Assembly (NCBI RefSeq): GCF_001194135.2 | Contig: NC_068981.1 | Coordinates: 57,061,377-57,099,225 of the forward strand | DNA from: Octopus bimaculoides | Lineage: Eukaryota | Direction: 5' to 3' | DNA: 37,849 nt | Shown: positions 1 through 11,799 of the stretch, piece after piece | Layout: every line of letters begins with the position of its first letter | How positions within the stretch are numbered: position 1 is the first letter of the stretch | Made by a program: the position numbers and the translations under genes | Notes under the pieces: generated by a model | Seen by the model: the letters and a program-made list of their open reading frames with translations, nothing else | The model's database searches: none | What the model was told of the DNA's origin: nothing

Positions 1-78
1 TAATACCTAGTCAGAACTCAAACAAGCAACGATTCAGAAAGTTTAGTGTAACATTAATTGTTAAATTTGTACTTCAGG

Positions 79-79
<1 letters not shown>

Positions 80-145
<66 letters not shown>
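80..145. repeat. (CA)n microsatellite
   Basis: Directly visible. Confidence 0.98.
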
Positions 146-146
<1 letters not shown>

Positions 147-737
147 GTACCATTGTGTGCATTCTTTAGCTATCGTAGTCAAGGCTATGCTGGAGCAACT
201 CCTTCATACGCACGTACCTTCACAGACACACAAAAACATACCACACAAGCACACACACAAACACACGCACGTACACATACACACATACATACATACATAC
301 ATACATGTGCTATTGAAATTGTATTTTTTATAAATAATTGAAAGATTGCATTGTTGTTGTTGTTTTTGTATGTATGTGTGTGAACGCGAGTGAGCGTGTA
401 TGTAAGTATACCTGCACTTATATACATGCATATTTGTATATATATATGTTTGCGAGTGTGCATGTATGTGAGAAAGTGAGAGAGAATTAGGAAATATGAT
501 AGAGAGTGAGAGAAAGGCAAAGAGAGAGAGAAAGAGGACTGTTAAGAGCTGCAGAAGGTATATGTTATACATTAACAGCACGTGTAATTAATTCACCAAG
601 GAAAATAATGTTGTTTGTCATTGCACTTCATTCAAAGACTTGAATAAGACTTGAATGAACAGACTGTCTCAGCTTGTGAATCATTTCTTGACATATACTG
701 AAGTTTATTTATTTGTTTACATAGGTCAAGTAAAAAA

Positions 738-746
738 ATAATAATG

Positions 747-838
<92 letters not shown>
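738..838. repeat. (TAA)n microsatellite
   Basis: Directly visible. Confidence 0.98.
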
Positions 839-844
<6 letters not shown>

Positions 845-945
845 AACAAAATACGTTATTTAACTTTATTTTAATTTTTATTTTTCTTCATCATTCCTTG
901 TTAAACATTTTTTTTTTCTCTTCTTGTTTGAAACTTCGTTTATTT

Positions 946-1278
946 NNNNNNNNNNNNNNNNNNNNNNNNNNNNNNNNNNNNNNNNNNNNNNNNNNNNNNN
1001 NNNNNNNNNNNNNNNNNNNNNNNNNNNNNNNNNNNNNNNNNNNNNNNNNNNNNNNNNNNNNNNNNNNNNNNNNNNNNNNNNNNNNNNNNNNNNNNNNNNN
1101 NNNNNNNNNNNNNNNNNNNNNNNNNNNNNNNNNNNNNNNNNNNNNNNNNNNNNNNNNNNNNNNNNNNNNNNNNNNNNNNNNNNNNNNNNNNNNNNNNNNN
1201 NNNNNNNNNNNNNNNNNNNNNNNNNNNNNNNNNNNNNNNNNNNNNNNNNNNNNNNNNNNNNNNNNNNNNNNNNNNNNN
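946..1278. other. Assembly gap (others at 1660-1669, 5807-5848, 13599-13608, 34984-35581)
   Basis: Runs of N. Confidence 0.99.
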
Positions 1279-1324
<46 letters not shown>

Positions 1325-1615
1325 TGTCTGTGTGTGTGTGTCTGTTTGTGTGCGTATGTTGTGTGTGTGTGAGTGTGTGTGTGTGTGTGTGTGTGTAATG
1401 TGTGCATATACGCACGCGTATGTCTCCATTTTGTGTGCGCGAATGCGTGTTTGCGTTTGTGCTTCTCTGCACGAGTATACATGGTGTATACACGGCAGTT
1501 GTATAAGTAAGATTCTGTACCTATTTGTATATCCTTTCATGTGTGTGTGTCTGTGTGTGTGTATGCGTGTGTGTGTGTGTGTGTCTGTGTGTGTGCGTGA
1601 GTCTGTTTGTGTACG

Positions 1616-1659
<44 letters not shown>

Positions 1660-1709
1660 NNNNNNNNNNTGTGTGTGTCTGTGTGTGTGCGTGAGTCTGT
1701 TTGTGTACG

Positions 1710-1741
<32 letters not shown>

Positions 1742-1855
1742 CGTGCGTGTGCGTGTGTGTGTGTGCGTGTGTGTGTGTGTGCGTGTGTGTGTGTGTCTGT
1801 GTGTGTGCGTGTGTCTGTTTGTGTGCGTGTGTTGTGTGTGTGTGTGTGTGTGTGG
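1279..1855. repeat. Compound (TG)n tract
   Basis: Directly visible; contains an N gap at 1660-1669. Confidence 0.97.
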
Positions 1856-2179
1856 TTAAATACACAAGTGGTGAGTATCAAATCAGTTTGACATCGAACG
1901 ATTCGTATCTTCTAATTACTCGTCTGCTTAATATTATAGGTAGGGGTTATTAAATTTTCTGTTCTGAAAGAAATGTAAAGATTTACTGAGCAGTCACCTA
2001 CACCTGTAGTCATCATTACAGTGAATGGGATGCTATCTCGTTGTGTTATCAAAATACTTTCATCAAAGGAAAGGAGCTCTCATTATATTCTGTTCCATTC
2101 TGTAGTTACTGAAATATCCTGCACCAAACAAGCCATTATCAACCACAACCCAACTTGATTAAGTCATTGATAAGTATAT

Positions 2180-2445
<266 letters not shown>

Positions 2446-2652
2446 GTGTATAATTATCTGAAAGGAAATACATTATTGCATAACTGCAATTGGAAAAAAA
2501 ATAAATTCATTGCAATAAATACAAAAATAATTAAAATTACTATATGTACTCTATCAACTTTAACAATGATCTGAGAGCCGTTTTGCATCATTCTTTGATC
2601 TGCTAAAAATAGTAAGCAAATGTGTCTTGCGAGAGGTACATCTTATTTTTTA

Positions 2653-2792
2653 GGTGTAGGTGCGGCTGTGTGGTTCCGAGTTCAGTCCCACTGCGTGGCA
2701 TCTTAGGCAAGTGTCTTCTACAATAGCTTTGGGCTACCTAAAGTTTTGTGAGTAGTTTTGGTAGTCAGAAACTGAAAGTAGCCCATAGTATA

Positions 2793-2833
<41 letters not shown>

Positions 2834-3022
2834 AAACGTCGCTTGACAACCGGCGCTGGTATATTTACGTCCCCGTAACTTAGCGGTTCAGCAAAAACAC
2901 CCATAGAATAAGTACTGAGCTTTAAAAAAAGAAGTACTGAGGTCGATTACTTTGACTAAAATTCTAAGGCGCTACCCCAGCATGGCCGCAGTCTATTAAA
3001 TGAAACAAGCAAAAGATAAAAG
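2653..3022 (+). mobile_element. tRNA-derived SINE (octopus-type family A)
   Basis: Head GGTGCGGCTGTGTGGTTCCGAGTTCAGTCCC, then GGCAAGTGTCTTCTA, internal (TG)n, GTCCCCGTAACTTAGCGGTTC and CCAGCATGGCCGCAGTC tail. Homologous to the copies at 5426, 10200 and 26208. Confidence 0.88.
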
Positions 3023-3094
3023 ATTAATCTCTCTGAAATCATATGATGACGAGATCGTCAGTTTCCTTTGCATCGTCAGACTTTTCAAATTTTA

Positions 3095-3974
3095 CGTGAT
3101 CTGATCAATAAATATTCGGACTCTTGTCATAGTAACGAAGCTAAAGCATGAAGCGTGAAGCCGCTTGGTACACATTGACCTCGAACTCTGCTGTGCATAT
3201 ATACTAAGTTTTAACGTTCTTCATCACTTCCGCTGTTTACAGTAGTGTTTGGAAGGAAGGTGTGTAGCGTGTGATCATCGCATTGACCATGACTAAGAAA
3301 GGTGAGCTGAGAATCTGCATCAAATTTTGCCAAAAGCTTGCCGATACCTGCTCAGAGACCTACGCAAAGTTTTCAAAAAGCTTTCGTCTTTCTCGACACA
3401 ATCAAGGAGATCTTGTGCAACTGAAACACGAGTGTATTCTTGGTCAGCTGAAAGCAGTTTTGGCACAAACTTGGCAGACATGCGTCTCATACCCAAATCT
3501 TCAGTGATAATGGACTGAACTGAACCGTAACTAATCAGCACATCCTCTGATAAGTCATGGGTAGTGATTCGATGATTTCCCCTTACAGCTGCGCGCACAT
3601 CTGCGATGTTTTTCTCAGTTCTGCTGGCTGCGGATCTCCTAGAATGTTCGTCAATATCGACATATTTTCGCCTGAAACACTCGTACACTTATGTGCGGCT
3701 CATACACTCCTCTCCACACAGTTTCTGCAACTTTGCATAAGCCTCTAAACAGGTATCGTCATGACAACTTTCTGTGTCATGGTCAATGCGATGATCACAC
3801 GCTACACACCTTCCTTCCAGATACTGCTGTAAACAGCGGAAGTGAGCTAGAACGTTGAAACTTGGTGCGCATATACAGCAGAGTTCAAGGTTAATTTTTG
3901 CCGAGCAGCTTTACTTTATGTGCTTTAGATTCGTTACTATGGCAACAGTCCGGATACTTATTGATCAGACTTCG
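3095..3974 (-). mobile_element. Non-autonomous mariner derivative made of two inverted 5' ends; transposase HTH remnant on minus strand
   Basis: TA at 3093-3094 and at 3975-3976. About 200 bp of inverted arms (CGTGATCTGATCAATAA... versus ...TTATTGATCAGACTTCG). The + arm reads MTKKGELRICIKFCQKL and the - arm reads ISYGSVQSIITEDLGMRRMSAKFVPKLL, both typical of a mariner N-terminus. No DDD domain. Confidence 0.9.
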
Positions 3975-4054
3975 TAAACACTGATGCAATTTTGCATGCC
4001 AATGACAAAAAACACTTTCAATTTTCATAGTAATTAATAATTGTTTCTTATTGT

Positions 4055-4230
4055 AGTACAAGGCCAGCAATTTTGAGGAGTGAGAAAGTTGATTACATTG
4101 ACTCCAGTGCTGAACTGGTACTTATTATATCGCCCTCGAAAGGATGCAAAACAAGGTCGACCTTGCCGGAATTTGAACTGAGAACGTAAAAACAGATGAA
4201 ATGCCACTAACCGACGTGTTAACGATTAAT
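4055..4230 (-). mobile_element. tRNA-derived SINE (family B)
   Basis: GATTACATTGACTCCAGTGCTGAACTGGTACTTATT...AGGTCGACCTTGCCGGAATTTGAACT; homologous to 19045-19250. Confidence 0.75.
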
Positions 4231-4539
4231 ATTAAAAACGTTACACATCTTAAAAAATTTAGAATTTTATGCTGAAAGTCGCATTTGTCGTTTGACAATA
4301 AAATTGTCGTCTGTTTTCAGTCTTTTCTTGTTTTTTCAGTCAGGTATTGTTTGAACTAGTACGGCAAGCTATGATTTTTATGTTGTCTTTATTAAATTCT
4401 TCTTTTTTTTTCTTTTTTTCTCACAAAATGAGTGTTTCGGGAATGAATGTCGGGAACTCGTTGGGTAATATGAAGACGGAGCAATTTATTTTACTTTTTA
4501 TTTATTTGTTGTTATGTTTTAAAAAACAAAGGAGTGATA

Positions 4540-4955
4540 CTGAAGAAATTGTGTCGCAGCGTATATACCATAAACATGGACGTGGTTGACTGCAACGTCT
4601 ATTAACGCTACACTAAAAATAAATGCCACGAATGTATGTCTGTGAGAAGAGGCAAAGGGGTTGGAAGGTAGTAGTCTTCTTCTTTAAACTGTGGTTCTAT
4701 TTCTTTATTCCTGGGTGAATGAACTGACCACTGTTCGTTTCTGTGTAGAGGACTTGAGAATTACAGAGCACAGTTTTTTTATTACAACTATATCCGCGAA
4801 GTATGTGCGAACGACCTATACTCTACAATCCATTAAAGATTGGTGGTCCAGGAACACTTGTCGAAATTGACGTGACTGTGTCCTTTAGAAGAAAATACAA
4901 TCTGGAAAGACTACTGGCATGAACGTTAGGTTTTCGGTAGTACGTGTCGCGAGAC
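4540..4955 (+). mobile_element. Merlin (IS1016/IS1595-like) DNA transposon transposase remnant
   Basis: With frameshifts it reads NYIREVCANDL..NPLKIGGPGTLVEIDVTVSFRRKYN..VFGSTCRET. This matches the Merlin pattern IGGPG..VEIDES...RKYN.GR...WVFGG.CRET. Confidence 0.8.
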
Positions 4956-5425
4956 ACGACAGGTATTCCTCCCATATGCTAGGAATGCGATGCGACTTCC
5001 GCGATGTTGATAATGAAGGCCCTCCCTCCCCCCACCTCGATTGGCTAAAATTTCAAACTTTTGAGATTTGTAACTTATTATTTTCTATGAAAAATGGATG
5101 TGATTTGTGTCATTAGCATGTACAATTACATCATTGTTAGAATTTGAAAAAGTTCTAACGGTACGAAGGATATCACGAAGATCCATTGCGTCTTTAAAAA
5201 TGGAAGGACATATTGAAAACCGTTGATTATATTTATTTTAGGTATATTATATATATATATATATAAAAGTATATCATATATATGTGTATGTGTATACATG
5301 TGTGTGTGGTGTGTGGGGTGTCTCCCTGTCTGTGTCTGTGTGTGTCTGTGTGTGTCTGTGTGTATGTGTGTGTATGTGTGTAGATAAATATATATAAAGG
5401 TAGAGAGAAATAAATATAATATTAA

Positions 5426-5806
5426 GGCGTGGCTGTGTGGTAAGAAGGTTGCTTCCCAACCACATGATTCCGGGTTCGGTCCCACGGCGTGGCACCTTTG
5501 GCAAGTGTCTTCTACTATAGCCTCGGACTAGCCAAAGCTTTGCGAGAGGATTTGGTGGACGGGAACTGAAAGAAGCCTGTCGTTTGTACTGTATATATAT
5601 GTATTATGTCTGTGTGTCTGTGTTTGTCCTCCGACTATCGCTTGACAACTGATGTTGGTGTGTTTACGCCCCGTAACCTAGCGGTTCGGCAAAAAATGAA
5701 CCGATAGAATAAGTACTAGGCTTACAAAGAATAAGTCCTGGGGTCGATTTGTTTGGCTAAAGGCGGTGCTCCAGCATGACCGCAGTTAAATGACTGAAAC
5801 AAGTAA
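5426..5806 (+). mobile_element. tRNA-derived SINE (family A), full length
   Basis: GGCGTGGCTGTGTGGTAAGAAG (A box) ... GGTTCGGTCCC (B box) ... AAGGCGGTGCTCCAGCATGACCGCAGTTAAATGACTGAAACAAGTAA. Confidence 0.92.
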
Positions 5807-5935
5807 NNNNNNNNNNNNNNNNNNNNNNNNNNNNNNNNNNNNNNNNNNATATATATAGTACAAAAATAAAAAGATAAAAACGAGGTATAAAAATAAACAA
5901 GATGTATTAAGGTAACACTCAGGAAAATTGGAAGA

Positions 5936-5975
5936 AGTCTTTGACGTTTCGAGCATACGCTCTTCTAAGGAAATA
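5936..5975 (-). ncRNA. Second, more degenerate hammerhead-like motif (Penelope pLTR-type remnant)
   Basis: Minus strand reads TTTCCTTAGAA-GAGC-GTAT-GCTC-GAAACGTC-AAAG: perfect stem II and GAAA-CG-TC core, but the CTGANGA box is mutated. Confidence 0.4.
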
Positions 5976-6534
5976 ATAGATGAGGAGAGAAAAAATAGAA
6001 ATAGATACATTTGATAATATTGTTCCAGATGTACTACGTCGGAAATATGATGAAATAGTCATGGCTAGAACGCTTTTGATTATAGCTCTACTCAATTAGA
6101 ATTAGCAGGATATTTTTATACAGAAACGGCAATGAGGTTAACATTTAAAATGCTAATATCTAACGTAGCAATTTTCCATTCATAAAGTCTTCTTTAAAAA
6201 TATCTTACAGATCTCATGAACATGCACAACAGAATCCTCAAAAAATGGAAATCAATACAGTGTCCACAAAGAGACGTTTTATTATGTGACAATATGGCCG
6301 ACAAAAAATATCTCGACAGAGCTTTCTGCGTATTTCGGTATTATTGTAAATGCTACAGTATTATTATAAATACGGTAAAAACTATAAACACTGTAAATTT
6401 CTACTGATGTCATATAGTAAGTTGAAACAGTTCAATCAACTGAGATTAGTCAAAGAATTAGTAGACAAAATTTCCCTTTCGGGATGTATGTGACATGCTG
6501 CCTACGTTACAAAATCAACACAGGAACTTCCATG

Positions 6535-6785
6535 TATTGACTGGACCTGCTAGAGCTAGCGGCCAAATCACTCTCAAATTATACCTTACCATCTGAAATA
6601 TGAAATAATATGTACTTGTCATTTTTCAGGCAAGTACATGTTATATAATCTAGTTCTATATACCCCTCCCCCAACTGATGGGTTGTCTACGGCTGAAATG
6701 GCTCTCTTTCATACTATATGATCAATAATAGTGAATTTACGACCTACTGCAGGCTTTGTGTTATATCCCTGGGCTAAACAACGAT
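6535..6785 (+). repeat. Interspersed repeat of unknown class; diverged second copy inverted at about 9090-9270
   Basis: GACTGGACCTGCTAGAGCTAGCGGCCAAATCACTC and TGATCAATAA...GGGCTAAACAAC align by eye with the reverse complement of 9090-9270. Confidence 0.5.
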
Positions 6786-7439
6786 TTCGATTTCTCTGTA
6801 CCTCAAGCTCTATTCATGCTTAAGAAATTATTTGATAGTGGTGAACAAAGTATACAGTAGTTGAATGCTCGTGAATGCCAACATCAACCCGAGTTTTATT
6901 CTCATTATGAAGTGCTTCCTTCATTTCATAAATGTTCATTAAAAATGTTTGTAAGTCAAAAGTTTTCTAATACCAACTCTTGTTTTAAATTTTAAAATTC
7001 TGGATTATATAAATGTTATCCAACAACTCAGAAGGGGTAATGAATGAGCTTGCAGACGTGTATATAATCACATGAATTCAGTATATTTTGAATAAAATAA
7101 CTTCAAACAAAATTCCGATAACATTCGGCTTTTCTAGAAACGCCGATTCCCTCAGAATTGTTGCATCTAAACTGTGCAACCTAAATTTTTGGAATCTAAA
7201 ATTTTACTCTTGCATTTTTTTTTGTCTCAGAAAACATGCGTATTTTTCAAATTCTATCCTAATTTACATAATTACTCTAAAATAATTATTTTTCTGAAAG
7301 GTAACTTTTACAGTGTCAGTTATGGCGCTTCGAGACATAAGATATTCTTAGTTTTTCTGCCTAGAGTTTAAAAGAAAATTTTTTTAGGAAAATCACATTG
7401 CTTATGACTATCTTTGAAAATATGTGTCCCTCTGCAAAA

Positions 7440-8330
7440 TTTCCGTTACTTAGATGCAGAACTGTGGCATTCATCTTGGAACAGTCATTCATATAAGGTG
7501 GAAATCAACTTGTGTCAAAGTACGGAGACTGATAAATTTCTGGGTTGTTACCACGGTAGCTCGCATGTGTGAGAACCTATTGTATTTATATTCAGTTTAC
7601 AAAATGTTCCACCGAGGTATTTTCCGTCGCCATATTATTACCATAATACAAACCTATCTTTGTGGAACCGCCAGCTATCAAGTTGCTGACCAGTTCCAAA
7701 ATTCGGCAAGCTTTGTTCAGAGCACTTTTTCTAGTTTCTTCGGGATTAAAAGATGAACAGTGCCATCCTTGGAAAAAATTGCTCAGCCACTTGAGATGCT
7801 ATCAGATCTCTACTTCGCCATAGTCTGGTAAAGAAGCGACCAGTATCCCAAGCCACTTACGTGCAACTTTGCAACTAGTTAGTTCCAGCTGATCAAGCCT
7901 GTATATCCCACTTTCCCCGTAATGTGTTTTCAAGTGCATTAAACTGTTTATAGTGAGTGAAGCTGGTAATGTGGAGCATTTCAGATAGAACAACTTTCTT
8001 CCCGGTGACCCAGCACTGGGATGCCCAGAAGTTAAATGATCTTTAGGTTTTACATGAGAGTATCCTTCTCCAAGACAGATGTTCGAATAAGAACTCTCAA
8101 GTGCTCTTGCAACGCACACATTCACCATCACAAGTATTTCTGTCTTTGCGCGTACCCTAATTGTTACAGTCGGCTGTCAACTATAAATTAGTTTGTACCA
8201 TTTACAATGTTGTTTACATTTTAATTCCTAGCTTTGCGCTACTTTCAGCATCTTGGAAGGGAGGTTAGCGAATCCTGATGAACCATAACTACAACGAAAC
8301 TAGTCGGTTCTAATTTCATTCCAAGACGTC
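7440..8330 (+). mobile_element. Decayed Penelope-like retroelement 3' part (post-RT linker, GIY-YIG endonuclease, pLTR)
   Basis: Interrupted frames give KPIFVEPPAIKLLTSSKIRQALFRA (cf. IF..PP.....NLR..LVRA), CVFKCIKLFIVSEAGNVEHFR (cf. C.KC.K.YIGETG...EH.R), FPVTQHWDAQKLNDL and RQMFE*EL. A hammerhead-like motif follows. Confidence 0.7.
8270..8310 (+). ncRNA. Degenerate minimal type-I hammerhead ribozyme motif
   Basis: GAATC-CTGATGA(8275-8281)-14 nt-GAAA(8296-8299)-CTAG-TC-GGTTC. Stem I is GAATC/GGTTC, stem III is the palindrome ACTAGT and the cleavage triplet is GTC. Stem II no longer pairs. Confidence 0.6.
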
Positions 8331-9329
8331 AAAAGATCTGAGGTTTAACTATGGGGTGGGGGTCACAGAGAAATTAAACGTATGTTTATTTAATACATGA
8401 GTATAATTCTGTATAACTATTTATTTACATTGACCCATGGTTGCTCTATGGCAAGAACCAAATCAATATCAACTACATAAATTGTAAGCACAAAAATACA
8501 ACTCCTGACATCTGAATTATTTTTTTAATATCTTAGAAAAAAATGAACAGTTCTCTGATATTCTCAATAGATCTAGCACAGTCGTATATGACAAGATATC
8601 ATATACACAAAAAAAAAAAAAATGTTCCGATTGGCCAAGTATAATTTATGAGTTTTACTAAAAACCTAAATCTGTCAACTTCATCTTTCGAATTGTTACA
8701 TAAATCTTGACAGCCTGTGATTGACTCTCAGCTAAGCGTAACAAATGAGGGAATTGCCTAACATTATACTACAACATACAATTACATTGAAAAATCGCAG
8801 AAGTAAACAATACAAATTAATTATAAAATCTATTTTAACATTCAAACACAGGACAGCTATTAACAATAATGAATAGCAAAGTTAATATATAGTTAAAATA
8901 CTCTCTTCAAATCGCAATCTGTCGGTTAAAATTTATAGTTGCTTAATAGAAGCCTTATTATATAATAACTATTTATTGTCAATTCTATCAGTATCAACTC
9001 CTCCAGATTTATATTGATAAAATTAAGGACACATACTAGATGGAAGTGTGTACAGCCACTTGACACAAATGTATTAAACATACTGTTGTGAGTTGTTTAA
9101 CTTAGGTTATCACTGAACGAGCAAACTTATGATCAAAGGCATTCCAACCATGCCTATCCGGTTTATTTTTTCTAAGCAGTATACTCCATACTACATTATC
9201 CAGTGATTTTGCGTTCCTAAGACAGATGTGACTGGAGGGAGATTTGACTCTGTTATTTCTTGTGGGTCAAACAAGCGTTGAGTTTTAACTCTATGTCTAT
9301 CTGGAGTTTATACCAATGAACATCCTGAA

Positions 9330-9720
9330 GCTCTTTGATGCCTCCAACTTCCAATCAGCTTCTATCCAGTTTCTGAAATTAAGAACTGTTATCACCAAGC
9401 ATCACTAAACATGAAATCTCTTTACGTGAACGTTGAAAAGTGGAATGACATTGTTGATGATCGCCACCGTTGGAGACTGGAAATAAAGAAAAGTATGGAA
9501 AAGACGAGAGGAGAGACTGGTGTGTGCTGGCGAAGTCAAGGAAATTCGACGGAAGAGCAGCACCAAGGCAAGGCTGGCGGACTGCATTTTCAAGTGCCGT
9601 CTTTACAACTGGGAATGTCGCTCACATGTGGATTTCTCATCACAACAGATGTTGCTCTACCAACAAGACCAAAACAATACTTTCCGGGCGTAGATGTATG
9701 GTTTCGCAAAACTAACGGAT
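9330..9720 (+). mobile_element. RTE-clade LINE 3' fragment
   Basis: MKSLYVNVEKWNDIVDDRHRWRLEIKK, then FKCRLYNWECRSH..SHNRCC, resembles the RTE C-terminus (W...A.DR..WR..I / terminal C..C...C.S..GL.SH.R). Confidence 0.65.
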
Positions 9721-10199
9721 GCCTCTATCACCATTATATCACTAAATAATTGTGTAACGTATTTGCTTTATTTCCATATTTGATATTTGCATCAGTACCT
9801 CACTGTACTTCCTGAATAACCACAATCAATCGCTTAAATAGAACCACAGGACAGAAGTTGGTTGAATGTGAATGGAATTCAGTACTTTGGATATGCAAAT
9901 ATAAAGATAACCAGCTGAAAAGTTTCTTTCAGTGTCCATTTTCGGTTGTTGTCGTTGTTGCTGCTGCCGCCGCCGCTGCCTATTGTTACTAGCCAGCCAA
10001 ACTCTATAATATGCTTGTTGCCCCAAGATTGTGAACGCAAAATATGTTATCCTTTAATTAGAGAAGTGAATCTTCTACACTCAATGGCCATCGTAATATT
10101 TAATCTCATTGCCTCAATATGTTTGAAGAGAATCACTGCAGCCATAGTCCTCGAATAATTATTCAGACGGTGAGTGCGTCTTTGTACTGTTGTCATGTC

Positions 10200-10660
10200 C
10201 CCATTGAACGATGTCTTTCAAGTATCTATTCATCCATTATGAAGCACCGCTTTGAAGGGGTTTAGTCAAACAAATCGACTCTCCCCACCCCACCCCTCCA
10301 ATACTTATTTTTAAGTTTGGTACTCATTTCGTCGGGCTCTTTCACCGAACCGCAAAGTTACGGGGACGTAAACTGAGTTAACACCAGTTGTCAAACAGTA
10401 GTGCGGTTAAACACAGACAAACATACCCACACCGAGTCCCATACACATGCACACACACACAACCCGCCCCTAACACACATACACACATATATAAATATGT
10501 ATATACGACGGGCTTCCACTCAGTTTCCGTCAGTCAAATTTACTCACACGGCATTGTTCGACTTGGGGCTATAGTAGAAGGCACTTGTCCAAAGTGTTGT
10601 GCTGTGGAACTGAACCCAATACTACGTTTTTACAAAGTGGGCTTCTTTCCTACACAACCA
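10200..10660 (-). mobile_element. tRNA-derived SINE (family A), inverted
   Basis: Reverse complements of the family A segments: GCACCGC, CCGAACCGCAAAGTTACGGGGACGTAAAC, CTATAGTAGAAGGCACTTG and GGAACTGAACCC. Confidence 0.85.
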
Positions 10661-10839
10661 TATATACACAGTAAAAATTAGGGAAGATACAAGCTACCAG
10701 TATTCGATAAGAAATGCGCCATCACTATTGAAAAAGTACCAAACTACAGAAAACACAATCCCGTGTTATAAGTGATAGGTATTATGGTATATGCATGTGA
10801 CACAGTAAGTTGTCTAATACACATATCAATGGAAATAGC

Positions 10840-11110
10840 GTTCTACTTTCTGTGAGTTTTGTGGTACTTGATTATACTGCAATTTTCTTACGTAGGCAGC
10901 CTGATCTGGCTACCAGCGCCAGTGTATGTGTCAGGCTTGAGGTTTCATAACTGCGGAGGTGAAGCTATTGTGCATATTCTTAAGAAGGAGTGAAGATAAG
11001 TATCATCAACATAAGAGTGTGCGTTGTTAAGAATGAGAGCAAGTAAGTGGTTTATTTATTGTCTTCTCCAGGTCCATTGTAAGATTTAAACTCATGCAAC
11101 AAACTAGCGA
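10840..11110 (-). mobile_element. CR1/L2-group LINE RT fragment
   Basis: Minus frame LALILNNAHSYVDDTYLHSF contains an RT Y(A/V)DD motif in a CR1-like context. The flanks are decayed. Confidence 0.45.
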
Positions 11111-11319
11111 AACAATCATCAAGTTTTCAGTAGTATCACCCCACTACATATGCGAGCTCTTCAGTTTACTATGATCTCAGATAATTAAATGCTTCGTTCA
11201 AGTACGAAGCATAACGGTATTGACATGATACGAGCCACCTACTTCAACGCTAGCTGTCCTGTGTCTTATCACTCTCAATAAAACAATTCAATCCTTATTT
11301 GTTTCCTACGTCATCCAAT

Positions 11320-11322
<3 letters not shown>

Positions 11323-11396
<74 letters not shown>

Positions 11397-11424
11397 CCTC
11401 TATCTATCTATCTATCTATCTATC
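11323..11424. repeat. (CT)n-(TATC)n microsatellite
   Basis: Directly visible. Confidence 0.97.
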
Positions 11425-11799
11425 CCTCGCTTGCACACAGGAATACGATTACACTTGGTATTCTTTCGATTCTCCTAATTCGCCACCATCATGTTATTAT
11501 AGTCTATCACTCACTGAAAATTCTAATACACTTTCAGCATCCAAACCAACCTATTCCTATTGTTTTAACAATTATTATTCAGGAATTTTGCAACGAAAAT
11601 TCTGCATCAGTCCGGTAGCGGCGATGGGGTTTCAATCCACAATTAACATACTTAATTTTTTTTACCTCCAGTCATTACCAATTCTGAGAAAAGTATAGAC
11701 GTCCCTATCTCTCGTTTACCGTACTCACCTAAGACACTGGGCCTTTATAACTTAAGAAAAAGATAGTAATTCACCATTCCGTTGAGTGTTGTAGAATAA

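Noticed and set aside
1575-1745. Apparent tandem duplication of a degenerate TG unit
   Set aside because: The two copies flank a 10-N gap, so this is likely contig-end overlap rather than biology.
5426-5480. tRNA-like A/B boxes (also at 2653, 26208 and others)
   Set aside because: These are SINE heads continuing into SINE bodies, with no complete cloverleaf.
7802-8131. Minus ORF containing HLKTHYGESG, similar to a C2H2 linker
   Set aside because: No Cys pair precedes it, and it is antisense to the Penelope GIY-YIG remnant.
9826-10175. CAG/CAA-rich segment with short ORFs and a plus-strand GTGAGT donor
   Set aside because: It looks 5'UTR-like, but there is no consistent frame, acceptor or promoter evidence.
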